From Gemmatimonadales bacterium (GTDB lineage Bacteria; Gemmatimonadota; Gemmatimonadetes; Gemmatimonadales; JACORV01), in the NCBI GenBank assembly GCA_035502185.1, contig DATJUT010000112.1, positions 30,942 through 94,941 of the forward strand: DNA of 64,000 nt, in the 5' to 3' direction. Every line of letters starts with the position of its first letter. The first letter of the stretch is position 1. The translations under genes and the position numbers were made by a program. This document shows, piece after piece, positions 27,200 through 36,725 of this stretch. The notes under the pieces are model-generated. The model saw only the letters and a program-made list of their open reading frames with translations, searched no databases and was not told where the DNA came from.

Positions 27200-29314
27200 C
27201 TACGGCAGCCGCTTCGCCGTGTACACCCCGTCGGGTTGCCGCGACACGAGCCCCGTCACGGCGCCCGACGCGTCGGTCGTGAAGGCCAGGCTGAACCCCT
27301 GCAGCCCGGCCAAGTCGAACTCGGCCCGCCGGTACGGCACCAGCGGGTAAGGCGGCTGGCCGCGCACGTTCAGCACCAGCACGATCCCCTGCCGCACGAT
27401 GCTGATCGTGTCCGTCGCGAGCGCGTAGCGACCGGCGAACCGCTGGATGAAGGTCGAGTCCCGCAGCTCGGCGTCCGGCTGACGCCGGAACACGATCGGG
27501 TCCACCGACGGCTCGAACGCCGCGCTGACGGCGTCGATGTCGCCCTTCACGTTGCCGCTGAACAGGTACTTCATGTCCTCGAAGGTGGGGTCGGCGGGAT
27601 TCCGCACGCCGTTGAACACGTCGTAGTGCCAGGGCTCGAGCGCGGTGCGGATGCCGTTGTACACGGCCACCAGGTGGCCCGAGTCCACCGTCACGCCGAG
27701 CGTGCCGTACCCCGAATCGGCGTAGTCGCCGGCGTAGTCGGCCAGCGGGTGCGAGGGCCGGGTGTTCGGCACGCGCACCGACGTCCTGCGCTGCGCCGCC
27801 TCGCGCTGCTCGGCCTGCGCGGCCGTCCGCCGCGCGAGCGCCTCGGCGTTCCAGTTGCGGAGCGGAGGTCCGAAGATCCGGTCGGCCGCGTGCAGCGCCA
27901 CCAGTCCGGGCAGCGCGGAGCCGTTCTGGTTGGTGAGCACCACGATCCCGAGATGGTCCTGCGGGTACAGCGTCACCAGCGCCGAGAAGCCGTCGATGTT
28001 CCCGCCGTGGTCGGCGCGGTAGTGCCCTCGGTAGCTGGTCAGGAACCAGCCCATGCCGTAGTCGGTGGCGCCGAACTCCTTCTGGTCCGACAGCCCGATC
28101 GGCATGTGGGGCGTGTGCATGTCGCGCAGCGTCGTGGCCTGGATGACCCGTCGCCCGTCCACCGTGCCGTCGGAGAGCTGCATCCGCACCCACTTCAGCA
28201 TGTCGTCCACGCTCGAGTTGATGGACCCGGCGGGCCCCACCAGCGAGATGTCCCGGAACGGCATGCCGTGCACCGTGTCGTGGCGGACCTCGTAGGGCTG
28301 CGAGAAGTCGCTCGCGCGCTGCGACTCGGCGACGGAGAAGTTGCTGCCGGTCATCCCCAGCGGCTGGAACACGAGTGAGCGGATCGCCGCCTCCCACGAC
28401 GTGCCCATCAGCGTCCCGGCCAGGTAGCCCGCCGTCAGGAACATCAGGTTGTTGTACTGGAAGGTCTCGCGGAGGTCCTTGTTGGGCCGGAGGTAGCGCA
28501 GCCGCCGCACCAGGTCCTCGCGGGTGGCGGTGAGGTTGTTGTACCACATCAGGTCGTGGCGCGGGAGGCCGGAGCGGTGCGTCACCAGGTCGCGCACCGT
28601 CAGCCGGCGGGTCACGTCGGGATCGTACATCCGGAACCACGGCAGATAGTCGGTGACCGGGTGGTCCCACGCGATGCGTCCCTGGTCCACCAGCGTGCCG
28701 AGGGCGAAGACCGTGAACGCCTTCGACGCCGAGCCGATGGCGAACAGGGTCTGGGTGGTGACCGGGAGATGCCGGTCGCGGTCGCGCAGGCCGTGGCCGC
28801 GGGCGTAGACGACCTCGCCGTCCACGACGATGCCGATGCTGGCGCCCACCACGTGCCAGGCGGTCAGGGCCGAATCCACCCACGCGTCGAAGCCGGCGAG
28901 CGCCTGGCGGGCGGCCTCGGCGGGACCCGCACCGGTCCGCATCGTGAAGGCGAACGCCTGGCCGCCCTGCGTGAATTGGCCGGTGACCGACGTGCCGTCG
29001 GCCGATCGCGCGCCGCGGAAGGTGGGCTCGCCCGGGACGCCCTGGATCGTGAAGCCGAGCGAGTCGCCGCGGGCCGTGATGGCCGCGAGCGGCAGGTGCG
29101 ACGCATTCTGCGCGGGAATCGAGATGTCGCCCGTCCAATGCTCGCCGGCGGGCGCGAGAACGACCTCGAACGCCAGGTCACCGGTCGGCAGCTGGATGCT
29201 GCCGGTCCAGTGGCCGGCCCAGGACGGTTCGGCCTGCTGGGCACGGGCCGACCCGGGTGCGGCGGCGACGACGAGCAGGGTGCAAAGGGCGACGGAAACC
29301 GGACGGGTGCGCAT
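27200..29314 (-). CDS. beta-lactamase-fold serine hydrolase (class C / PBP-like), secreted, with N- and C-terminal extra domains
   Basis: ATG at 29314 gives the signal peptide MRTRPVSVALCTLLVVAAAPGSARAQQ. An SxxK motif is present (FAIGSASKAFT) along with a YxN motif (FQYNNL). Confidence 0.85.
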   Translation of the reverse strand: MRTRPVSVALCTLLVVAAAPGSARAQQAEPSWAGHWTGSIQLPTGDLAFEVVLAPAGEHWTGDISIPAQNASHLPLAAITARGDSLGFTIQGVPGEPTFRGARSADGTSVTGQFTQGGQAFAFTMRTGAGPAEAARQALAGFDAWVDSALTAWHVVGASIGIVVDGEVVYARGHGLRDRDRHLPVTTQTLFAIGSASKAFTVFALGTLVDQGRIAWDHPVTDYLPWFRMYDPDVTRRLTVRDLVTHRSGLPRHDLMWYNNLTATREDLVRRLRYLRPNKDLRETFQYNNLMFLTAGYLAGTLMGTSWEAAIRSLVFQPLGMTGSNFSVAESQRASDFSQPYEVRHDTVHGMPFRDISLVGPAGSINSSVDDMLKWVRMQLSDGTVDGRRVIQATTLRDMHTPHMPIGLSDQKEFGATDYGMGWFLTSYRGHYRADHGGNIDGFSALVTLYPQDHLGIVVLTNQNGSALPGLVALHAADRIFGPPLRNWNAEALARRTAAQAEQREAAQRRTSVRVPNTRPSHPLADYAGDYADSGYGTLGVTVDSGHLVAVYNGIRTALEPWHYDVFNGVRNPADPTFEDMKYLFSGNVKGDIDAVSAAFEPSVDPIVFRRQPDAELRDSTFIQRFAGRYALATDTISIVRQGIVLVLNVRGQPPYPLVPYRRAEFDLAGLQGFSLAFTTDASGAVTGLVSRQPDGVYTAKRLP

Positions 29315-29521
29315 CCATCCTCCCACGCAATGGCGCCGGGCAGCAGTGCGGTTGACCGCCGGGGTCCGGCGCCCGGCGCCTCCCAACATGGGGCGCGTCG
29401 CCGGGGCGGACCAGAGTCCCCTCCGGCAGGGGCGGCCCGCCCGGCCGGCCGGGCGTCGCCCTTGCCAGCGGGCTTATCTTCCCTTCATCCACTCCGACGG
29501 CGTCTGCAGCAAGGAGCGACC

Positions 29522-30427
29522 GTGTCCATCAGGCCGGTGAAGCGCATCATCGAATCGAGGCCGACGCTCGAAGGCGCGGGCGTGAAGCTGCGCCGCGCGT
29601 TCGGCTTCGGCAGCACGAAGGAGTTCGACCCCTTCCTGCTGCTGGACGATTTCCGGAACGAGAACCCGGCGGACTACCTCGCGGGCTTCCCGTGGCATCC
29701 GCATCGCGGCATCGAGACGATCACCTACGTCCTCGCCGGCTCGGTGAGCCACGGCGACAGCCTGGGCAACAGCGGGACGATGGGTCCGGGCGACGTGCAG
29801 TGGATGACGGCGGGCAGCGGGATCCTGCACCAGGAGATGCCCAAGGGCGATCCGGCCGGCCGGATGCACGGATTCCAGCTGTGGGCCAACCTGCCGGCGG
29901 CGCTCAAGATGACGGACCCGCGCTACCAGGACGTGGCCGCGAAGGACATCCCGGAGGTCACGGACGACGACGGGACGCGCGTCCGGGTGGTGTGCGGCAC
30001 GTTCTGGGGCAAGACGGGCCCCGTGGACGGGGTCGCGGCCGATCCGCGCTACCTCGACGTGCGGGTGCCGCCGCTGAAGCGCAAGACGCTGCCGGTCGAG
30101 ACGACGCGGAACGCGTTCGCCTACGTATTCGAGGGCGGCGGCAGCTTCCGCGACGGCTCGGCCCCGCAGGGCGTGCTCACCGAGCAGCTCGATCCCGCGG
30201 CCACGGTGGTGCGCGAGGAGGCGGGCAACCGCTCGCTGGTGCTGTTCGGGAGGGGCGACGAGGTCACGGTGCAGGCCGGCGAGCACGGCATCCGGTTCCT
30301 GCTCGTGTCGGGGCAGCCCATCGAGGAGCCGGTGGCCTGGTACGGCCCGATTGTCATGAACACCGAGGCGGAGCTGCAGCAGGCGTACGCCGAGTTGAAC
30401 GACGGCACGTTCATCAAGCACGGCTGA
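29522..30427 (+). CDS. pirin family protein
   Basis: GTG at 29522 is preceded by AAGGAG. Sequence reads ...FDPFLLLDDF...GFPWHPHRGIETITYVLAGSVSHGDSLGN...GDVQWMTAGSGILHQEMP. Confidence 0.9.
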   Translation: MSIRPVKRIIESRPTLEGAGVKLRRAFGFGSTKEFDPFLLLDDFRNENPADYLAGFPWHPHRGIETITYVLAGSVSHGDSLGNSGTMGPGDVQWMTAGSGILHQEMPKGDPAGRMHGFQLWANLPAALKMTDPRYQDVAAKDIPEVTDDDGTRVRVVCGTFWGKTGPVDGVAADPRYLDVRVPPLKRKTLPVETTRNAFAYVFEGGGSFRDGSAPQGVLTEQLDPAATVVREEAGNRSLVLFGRGDEVTVQAGEHGIRFLLVSGQPIEEPVAWYGPIVMNTEAELQQAYAELNDGTFIKHG

Positions 30428-30520
30428 GCCGCGCGCCGGCGCGGCTTGCGCGGCCGCGCCGGGGGCTGCACCCTAGGTGATGACCTCGTTGGCGCGCGGC
30501 ACCGCGCGGGCCGCCACGCG

Positions 30521-33500
30521 GTGAAGCCCCGGAAGGCCAAGCCGGCGGCGCGCCGCTCCCGGGCCCGCCGCCGGAAGACGGCCGGGGACCGGCTGCCCGG
30601 CGGCCGCCGGTTCTGGCACCAGCTGTTCGCGCATTCCCCCGACGTCGTGATGGTCATCGACCGGCGCTACCGCATCGCCTACGCGAACCGCCCGCTGGCG
30701 TCGCGCGCGGTGGGCGAGCTGCTCGGCACCAGCCTGTGCGAGCACCTGCCGGCGGAGGACTGCGACCGGGTCGCGGCGGTCCTCGAGCGCGTGTTCCGCA
30801 CCGGGGTCCCCGGCCGCTACGAGGTGGCGTTCCCCGATCCCGGCTCGCGGACGCGGGTGTTCGAGTCGCGGCTGGTGCCCATCGCACGGGGCGGCCGCGT
30901 GTCCTGGGCGCTGGTGGACGCGGTGGACGTCACCGAGGCCCGCCGCTCCGAGCAGATCCACGCGGCGACGCAGCGGATCTCCGACGCGGCGCACGCGTCG
31001 CCCAGCCTGGAGGCGCTGTACACGGCGATCCACCGCATCGTGAGCGAGCTGATGCCGGCGCGCAACTTCTACATCGCGCTGTACGACGCGGCCAGCGGGC
31101 TGATCTCCTTCCCCTACTTCGTGGACGAGCTGGACCAGGCGCCGGAGCCCAAGCCGCCGGGCCGCGGGCTCACCGACTACGTGCTCCGCACCGGGCAGCC
31201 GCTGCTGGCGACGCCGGACGTGATGCGCGATTTGCGGCGGCGGAAGGAGGTCGAGCTGATCGGGTCGGACTCGGTGGACTGGCTCGGCGTGCCGCTCCAG
31301 ACTGACGGCCGCACCATCGGCGTCCTGGTGGTGCAGTCCTACACGGAGGGCGTGCGCTACTCCCAGACCGACCGGAGCATCCTGCAGTTCGTCTCCACGC
31401 AGGTGGCGATGGCGATCGAGCGCAAGCGGGCCGAAGCGGCCCTGCGGGCGAGCGAGGAGCAGTACCGGCGCCTGGTGGACGTGGCGCCCGACCTGATCGC
31501 GGTCCACAGCGACGGCAAGGTGGTCTTCATCAACCCCGCGGGCGTGCGGATGATGGGCGCCCGGTCGGCGGACGAGTTGATCGGGCGGCCGATGCTCGAG
31601 TTCGTGCATCCGGACTCGCGCCCGACCGTGGCGGACCGGGTCCAGGCGATGGTGGGCCGCGGCCGGCCGGTGCCGCTGGTGACCGAGCGCTTTCTGCGGC
31701 TGGACGGGACGCCGATCGACGTGGAGGTCGCCGCGACGCCGCTGCTGTACCGTGACCGGCCGGCCATCCAGGTCGTGGTCCGCGACATCGGCGAGCGGAT
31801 GCGGGCCGAGGCGGCGCTCCGCGACAGCGAGGAGCGGTTCCGGTCGTTCATCGAGTCCACGACGGACTGGGTGTGGTCGGTGGATCCCCAGGGCGTGCAC
31901 ACGTACTCCAACCCCGCCGTGGCCCGCATCCTGGGGTACGGCCCGGAGGAGCTGGTGGGCCGGCGGGCCTTCGACCTGGTGCACCCGGACGATCGGGCGG
32001 ACGTGGCGCAGCAGTTCGCCGCCCTGGCGGCGGAGCGTCGGGGCTGGCGGAACCTCGTGATCCGCTGGCAGCGGAAGGACGGTGCGTACCGGTTCCTGGA
32101 GAGCAGCGCCGTGCCGATCTTCGGCGGCGACGGGAGCCTCGAGGGGTACCGCGGCGTGGACCGCGACATCACGGAGCGGGTGAAGGCCGACGAGGCGCTG
32201 CGCCGGACCGAGGTCCGGCTGTCGCAGGCGCAGGCCATCGCCCACCTCGGCATCTGGGAGCTGGACCTGGCCGACGCCGCCCACGTGGACCGGAACCCCC
32301 TGTGGTGGTCGGACGAGACCTGCCGGATCTTCGGCTACCAGCCCGGCGCGGTCGCGGTGACCAACGAGCTGTTCTTCGGCGCGGTCCACCCCGACGACGT
32401 GCCGCGGGTGCGCACCGCGGTGGCCGAGGCGCTGCGCACCGGCGCGCCCTACCAGGTGGACCACCGGATCCGGCGTCCCGACGGCACGCAGCGCGTGGTG
32501 CGCGAGCAGGCCAGCATCGAGCGCGACGCCCGCGGCGCGGCGCTGCGGATGACGGGCACCGTGCTCGACGTGACCGAGCAGCGGCGCCTCGAGGACCAGC
32601 TGCGGCAGGCGCAGAAGATGGAGGCGGTCGGCCAGCTCGCCGGGGGCGTGGCGCACGACTTCAACAACCTGCTCACGACCGTGCTGGCCTCGCACGAGCT
32701 GCTGGCCACCCTGCTGCCCGCCGAGGGCCCGCACCGCGAGGACCTCGAGATGATCCGGCAGGCCGCCGGCCGCGCGGCCGAGCTGACACGCAGCCTCCTG
32801 GCCTTCAGCCGCCAGCAGGCGCTGGAGCCGCGCGCCGTGTCGCTGGAGGCGCTGCTGGCGAACTTCGTGCGCCTGGCGCGCCGGGTCGTGCCGGAGGACG
32901 TGGAGGTGTCGGTGCAGGTGGACACGCCGCGGTCGGTGATCCGGGCCGACCCGGTCGCGGTCGAGCAGATGCTGATGAACCTGGTCACCAACGCGCGCGA
33001 CGCGATGGCCGCCGGCGGTACCCTCCGCCTGACCGTGGCCCGCGGCCGGCTCGACGAGGAGCACCTGCGCACCTACGGCTGGGGGGAGCCGGGCGAGTAC
33101 GTGACGATGTCGGTCAGTGACAGCGGCGTCGGGATGGACCCGGCGACGGTGCAGCACATCTTCGAGCCGTTCTTCACCACCAAGCCGGTGGGGCAGGGCA
33201 CGGGTCTGGGGATGGCGATGGTGTACGGGCTGGTCAAGCAGCACGGCGGCTTCATCAGCGTCTACAGCGAGCCCGGCCGCGGCACCACGGTGCGCGTCTA
33301 CTTCCCGGCGGTCGCGGAGGAGGCCGGCGAGCACCGGGTGGAGCCCCCGCCCAAGCCGCGGGGCGGCCACGAGACCATCCTGCTCGTGGAGGACGACGCC
33401 TCGCTGCGCCGCACCGCGACCCGGGTCCTCGAGAAGCACGGCTACACCGTCGTCACGGCGACCGACGGCGAGGACGCGCTCGGCCTGGTCAAGTCGCGGC

Positions 33501-33745
33501 CCGCCGCGCCCGACCTGATCATCAGCGACGTCGTGATGCCGCGGGCCAGCGGCCCGCAGCTGCTGGCCGCGCTGCGGGCCGCCGGCGCCGCGCCGCGGAT
33601 GCTGTTCACCAGCGGCTACACCGCGCGCGACGTGCACGAGCGCTCGCTGCTCGAGCGGGACGTGCCCTTCCTGGCCAAGCCCTGGACGATCGACGACCTG
33701 CTGCGCAAGGTCCGCGAGGTGCTCGACCTGCCGCCGGCCAGCTAG
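30521..33745 (+). CDS. hybrid sensor histidine kinase (PAS-GAF-PAS x3-HisKA-HATPase-REC)
   Basis: There are multiple PAS modules and a GAF region (FYIALYD...GVLVVQSY). H-box is GGVAHDFNNLLT. HATPase motifs are NLVTNARDAM, DSGVGMD and GQGTGLGMAMVYG. The receiver reads ILLVEDDASLR...ISDVVMP. The start is uncertain: TTG 30446 or GTG 30521, both upstream of the first PAS. Confidence 0.85.
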   Translation: MKPRKAKPAARRSRARRRKTAGDRLPGGRRFWHQLFAHSPDVVMVIDRRYRIAYANRPLASRAVGELLGTSLCEHLPAEDCDRVAAVLERVFRTGVPGRYEVAFPDPGSRTRVFESRLVPIARGGRVSWALVDAVDVTEARRSEQIHAATQRISDAAHASPSLEALYTAIHRIVSELMPARNFYIALYDAASGLISFPYFVDELDQAPEPKPPGRGLTDYVLRTGQPLLATPDVMRDLRRRKEVELIGSDSVDWLGVPLQTDGRTIGVLVVQSYTEGVRYSQTDRSILQFVSTQVAMAIERKRAEAALRASEEQYRRLVDVAPDLIAVHSDGKVVFINPAGVRMMGARSADELIGRPMLEFVHPDSRPTVADRVQAMVGRGRPVPLVTERFLRLDGTPIDVEVAATPLLYRDRPAIQVVVRDIGERMRAEAALRDSEERFRSFIESTTDWVWSVDPQGVHTYSNPAVARILGYGPEELVGRRAFDLVHPDDRADVAQQFAALAAERRGWRNLVIRWQRKDGAYRFLESSAVPIFGGDGSLEGYRGVDRDITERVKADEALRRTEVRLSQAQAIAHLGIWELDLADAAHVDRNPLWWSDETCRIFGYQPGAVAVTNELFFGAVHPDDVPRVRTAVAEALRTGAPYQVDHRIRRPDGTQRVVREQASIERDARGAALRMTGTVLDVTEQRRLEDQLRQAQKMEAVGQLAGGVAHDFNNLLTTVLASHELLATLLPAEGPHREDLEMIRQAAGRAAELTRSLLAFSRQQALEPRAVSLEALLANFVRLARRVVPEDVEVSVQVDTPRSVIRADPVAVEQMLMNLVTNARDAMAAGGTLRLTVARGRLDEEHLRTYGWGEPGEYVTMSVSDSGVGMDPATVQHIFEPFFTTKPVGQGTGLGMAMVYGLVKQHGGFISVYSEPGRGTTVRVYFPAVAEEAGEHRVEPPPKPRGGHETILLVEDDASLRRTATRVLEKHGYTVVTATDGEDALGLVKSRPAAPDLIISDVVMPRASGPQLLAALRAAGAAPRMLFTSGYTARDVHERSLLERDVPFLAKPWTIDDLLRKVREVLDLPPAS

Positions 33746-33764
33746 CCGGCCGCCCGAACGACGC

Positions 33765-33797
33765 AGCCCCGGCGGGTCGCGGTGACCGGCCGGGGCT
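33765..33797. terminator. hairpin between convergent genes
   Basis: AGCCCCGGC (33765-33773) pairs with GCCGGGGCT (33789-33797) around a 15-nt loop. It lies between the kinase stop (33745) and the M28 stop (33816). Confidence 0.45.
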
Positions 33798-33815
33798 TCG
33801 TTGCGCGGGTCCGCC

Positions 33816-35510
33816 CTACTGCCGGCAGGCCCCCTGCGGGTCCGGCTTCGGGTGATCCACCACCACGCGGTGGTCCAGGTCGGCCACGTGCATCGCGACG
33901 TCCTCGACCAGGTTGGCGACGCGGGCCATGTGCGGGTAGTCGATGTACTCCGGCTCGTCGGTGACCTGGTGGTAGTCGGCGTGCCCGCCCGTCGTGAAGA
34001 ACACGACCGGAATGCCGTAGCGCGCGTACGAGTAGTGGTCGCTGCGGCAGTAGATGTTCTGCGGGTGGCCGTCGGCGTCGAGCGAGTAGTCGAACGCGAG
34101 CCCGTGGTGGTCCTCCGTGTTCACCTTCTCCACCAGGTCGCCCAGCTCGGTCGAAAGGCGCCGCGAGCCCACCAGCTGCAGGTAGTTCGGGTTGCCGTGG
34201 ATGGGCGCGCCCTCCTTGGTGCGGCCCGTCTCGTCCGCCGAGTCGCCGCGGCCGATCATGTCGATGTTGAGCTGGGCCACGATCGAATCGCGCGGCACCG
34301 TCGGATGGTCCGTGAACCAGGTCGAGCCGAACAGCCCCAGCTCCTCCCCGGTGTGCCACACGAAGATGATCGAGCGCTTCGGCTTCACGCGCTCGGTGGC
34401 GATGCGCTGGGCGATCTCGAGCACCGACACCGTGCCCGAGCCGTCGTCGTCGGCGCCGTTGTCGATCGAGTCCGCGCGCTGGGTGCCGGGGTGCGCCGTC
34501 CGCCATGCCGCCAGCAGGCTGTCCACCCGGTCCTGCTCGGCGGGCGTGGCCTGCTTGCCGGTCTGCTCCGCGCCCTCCGGCCGCACCACCTGGTTGAAGA
34601 TGCGCATGGAGTCGTGGTCCACCGGCGGGAGCGTGAGGCCGATGTGGTCGTTGTGGGCGCCGATGGCGACGTACTCGCCGCGCAGCCTCGGATCGCTGCC
34701 CCGGACGACCGCCACCACGTTCCGCGCCGGCGCGCTCTCGCGGGTGACGGTGATGTGCGCCCGGAGCGTGGCGCCCGTGGCGCCGACCCTGGCGCTGTCG
34801 AGCGGCATGCCGAGCAGCGCCCCCGCGGCGGCCGAGGTGAGCTGCAGAATGGTGGGGCCGCCGCGCTGGTCGCCGCCGGAGGGCGCCAGGGTCACCGACG
34901 GCTCCCGGAGGAAGTGCTTGAACTGGGGCGGGACCCGCTCCAGCCCCGGGAACGCGAGGCCGGCGGCCTCGTTGAGCCGGGCGATGACCGCGCCGGGGTT
35001 GATGCGCAACGGCCCGGCGGGCAGGGAGAACACCACCACCCGGCCCCGGGCCTGCTCGACCGGGAAGGAGTCGGCGGCGTTGAGCGAGCCCCCGAAGATC
35101 GCCTGCGCGCCGTCCACCGAGCGCGGCTCACCCGCGCCGAAGTGACGCGGGAGGAAGTCGTCGAACACCCGGAGCGTGGTGCCCCCCGCCGTGATGGTGG
35201 ACGTGCTGTCGATCGTCTCCTTCACCAGCGGGACGTTCTGGAAGAAGGTCCCGCTGTCGCCGGCCGGCACGAGGCCCATCCGCTGCGCCTCGGCGGCGAC
35301 GTAGGCCGTCGCCTTGAGGTTCCAGGGCGTGCCGGCGCGCCGGCCCATCATCGAGTCGTCGGCGTAAATGTAGAGGCGGGTCATCAGGTCGGCGGCCGTG
35401 ATGGCCGGCACCGTCGGTTGGGGGGCGTGCTTGAGGGGCAGCGCCATCTGGGCGGCGAGGGCGTTCGGCGCCAGCAGGGCCAGCCACCCTACGCGGTGGA
35501 CGAGACGCAT
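33816..35510 (-). CDS. M28-family aminopeptidase, secreted (paralogue of 3912-5495)
   Basis: ATG at 35510 gives MRLVHRVGWLALLAPNALAAQ. Motifs NGADDDGSGTVSVLEIA, HTGEELGLFGS and RSDHYSY are present. Confidence 0.85.
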   Translation of the reverse strand: MRLVHRVGWLALLAPNALAAQMALPLKHAPQPTVPAITAADLMTRLYIYADDSMMGRRAGTPWNLKATAYVAAEAQRMGLVPAGDSGTFFQNVPLVKETIDSTSTITAGGTTLRVFDDFLPRHFGAGEPRSVDGAQAIFGGSLNAADSFPVEQARGRVVVFSLPAGPLRINPGAVIARLNEAAGLAFPGLERVPPQFKHFLREPSVTLAPSGGDQRGGPTILQLTSAAAGALLGMPLDSARVGATGATLRAHITVTRESAPARNVVAVVRGSDPRLRGEYVAIGAHNDHIGLTLPPVDHDSMRIFNQVVRPEGAEQTGKQATPAEQDRVDSLLAAWRTAHPGTQRADSIDNGADDDGSGTVSVLEIAQRIATERVKPKRSIIFVWHTGEELGLFGSTWFTDHPTVPRDSIVAQLNIDMIGRGDSADETGRTKEGAPIHGNPNYLQLVGSRRLSTELGDLVEKVNTEDHHGLAFDYSLDADGHPQNIYCRSDHYSYARYGIPVVFFTTGGHADYHQVTDEPEYIDYPHMARVANLVEDVAMHVADLDHRVVVDHPKPDPQGACRQ

Positions 35511-35622
35511 CGGGGCTCCGGGTTGATGTGGGGTGCCGCACGGCCGCGGCCGCCTCACCGGGCGCGGGGCGCCGGTTTGGGGGCTCGTCGGCGGGTCGGA
35601 AACGGGTCTCTTTACGCCGCCG

Positions 35623-35688
35623 CGCGGAGGGAAGTTTCAGGAGGCGCGGAGGGAAGTTTCAGGAGGTGCGGAGGGAAGTTTCAGGAGG
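35623..35688. repeat. tandem repeat, 3 x 22 bp (plus degenerate partial 4th unit)
   Basis: Units are CGCGGAGGGAAGTTTCAGGAGG (35623-35644, 35645-35666) and TGCGGAGGGAAGTTTCAGGAGG (35667-35688), followed by the partial unit TGCGGGCGAGGAGG. The last unit contains the ribokinase stop codon. Confidence 0.9.
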
Positions 35689-36613
35689 TGCGGGCGAGGA
35701 GGGCGTCCACCTCGGCGCGGACCGGCATGGAGGCAGCGGTGCCGTGCCGGGTCACCGAGATGGCCCCGGCCGCGCAGGCGAAGCGCGTCGCGGCGACGAG
35801 GTCGCGGCCCTCGGCCAGAGCCACGGCGAGCGCACCGGTGAACGCGTCCCCCGCGCCGGTCGTCTCGACCACGGGCCCGGCGTCGAACGCGGGCACGTGG
35901 CGGGCGACCGCGGCGTTCTTCGCGAACGCGCCGCGTCTGCCGAGGGTGATCACCACGTTGCGCGCACCGCGCGCGAGGAGGACGTCGGCCGCACGCTCGG
36001 CCTCGGCCCGCCCGCGCACCGGCCGGCCGGTGAGGGCCGCCGCCTCGACCTCGTTGGGGGTGAGGACGTCGCACAGGGCGCAGACGCGGCGCGGCAGCCG
36101 GAGCGCCGGGGCGGCGTTGAGGATGGTGAGGACGCCCCGCCCGCGCGCGAGGGCGAGCGCGTGCTCGACCACGGGCAGCGGCACCTCGAGCTGTGCCACG
36201 AACGCGGACGAGCCGGCGATCAGCTCCGCCGCGCGGTCCACCTCGGCCGCGGTCAGCAGGGAGGACGCGCCGGGCACGACGACGATCGCGTTCTCGCCGG
36301 TGGCCGGGTGCACCACGATCGCGGCGGCGCCGCTCGCCTGCCCGGGCGCCTCGAAGCAGAACCGCGTGTCGATCCCCGCCGCGCTCCAGGTCTCCCGCGC
36401 CAGCGCGCCGAACGCGTCGCGGCCGATCTTGCCGATGAGGCTCACCGGCGCGCCGAGCCGGGCCGCGGCTACGGCCTGGTTCGAGCCCTTGCCGCCCGGG
36501 CTGATGCGGTACTCGGCGCCGAGCACGGTCTGGCCCCAGGCCGGCAGCTTCCGGGTGCGGAACGCGAGATCGGCCACGAAGATGCCCATCACGGCGATGC
36601 GACCGTCGCTCAC
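35681..36613 (-). CDS. rbsK: ribokinase (PfkB family)
   Basis: Sequence reads IAVMGIFVADL...GGKGSNQAVAAARLG...DTTGAGDAFTGALAVALAEG. It is 310 aa long. Confidence 0.88.
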   Translation of the reverse strand: MSDGRIAVMGIFVADLAFRTRKLPAWGQTVLGAEYRISPGGKGSNQAVAAARLGAPVSLIGKIGRDAFGALARETWSAAGIDTRFCFEAPGQASGAAAIVVHPATGENAIVVVPGASSLLTAAEVDRAAELIAGSSAFVAQLEVPLPVVEHALALARGRGVLTILNAAPALRLPRRVCALCDVLTPNEVEAAALTGRPVRGRAEAERAADVLLARGARNVVITLGRRGAFAKNAAVARHVPAFDAGPVVETTGAGDAFTGALAVALAEGRDLVAATRFACAAGAISVTRHGTAASMPVRAEVDALLARTS

Positions 36614-36725
36614 GCGGGTCCTCCTCTCCCGGGCTCCCTTGCGCCGTCGGGGATACTACGGTAACCTCGGCGGCCAATCCACCCAGGCCGTTCGCATCTC
36701 ACCCGTCACTCACACAGGGGGACGC

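Noticed and set aside
22282-29314. A classical inducible beta-lactamase regulon (blaI-blaR1 controlling the serine hydrolase at 27200-29314).
   Set aside because: The M56 protein lacks the penicillin-binding sensor domain. The hydrolase lies 3 kb away on the opposite strand with unrelated genes between. I did not see the CTACTA-N6-TAGTAG dyad in the hydrolase upstream region (29315-29521).
35623-35688. Whether the 22-bp repeats are a small CRISPR array.
   Set aside because: The units are directly adjacent with no spacers and there are only three of them. There are no cas genes in the window and the unit is not palindromic like typical CRISPR repeats.
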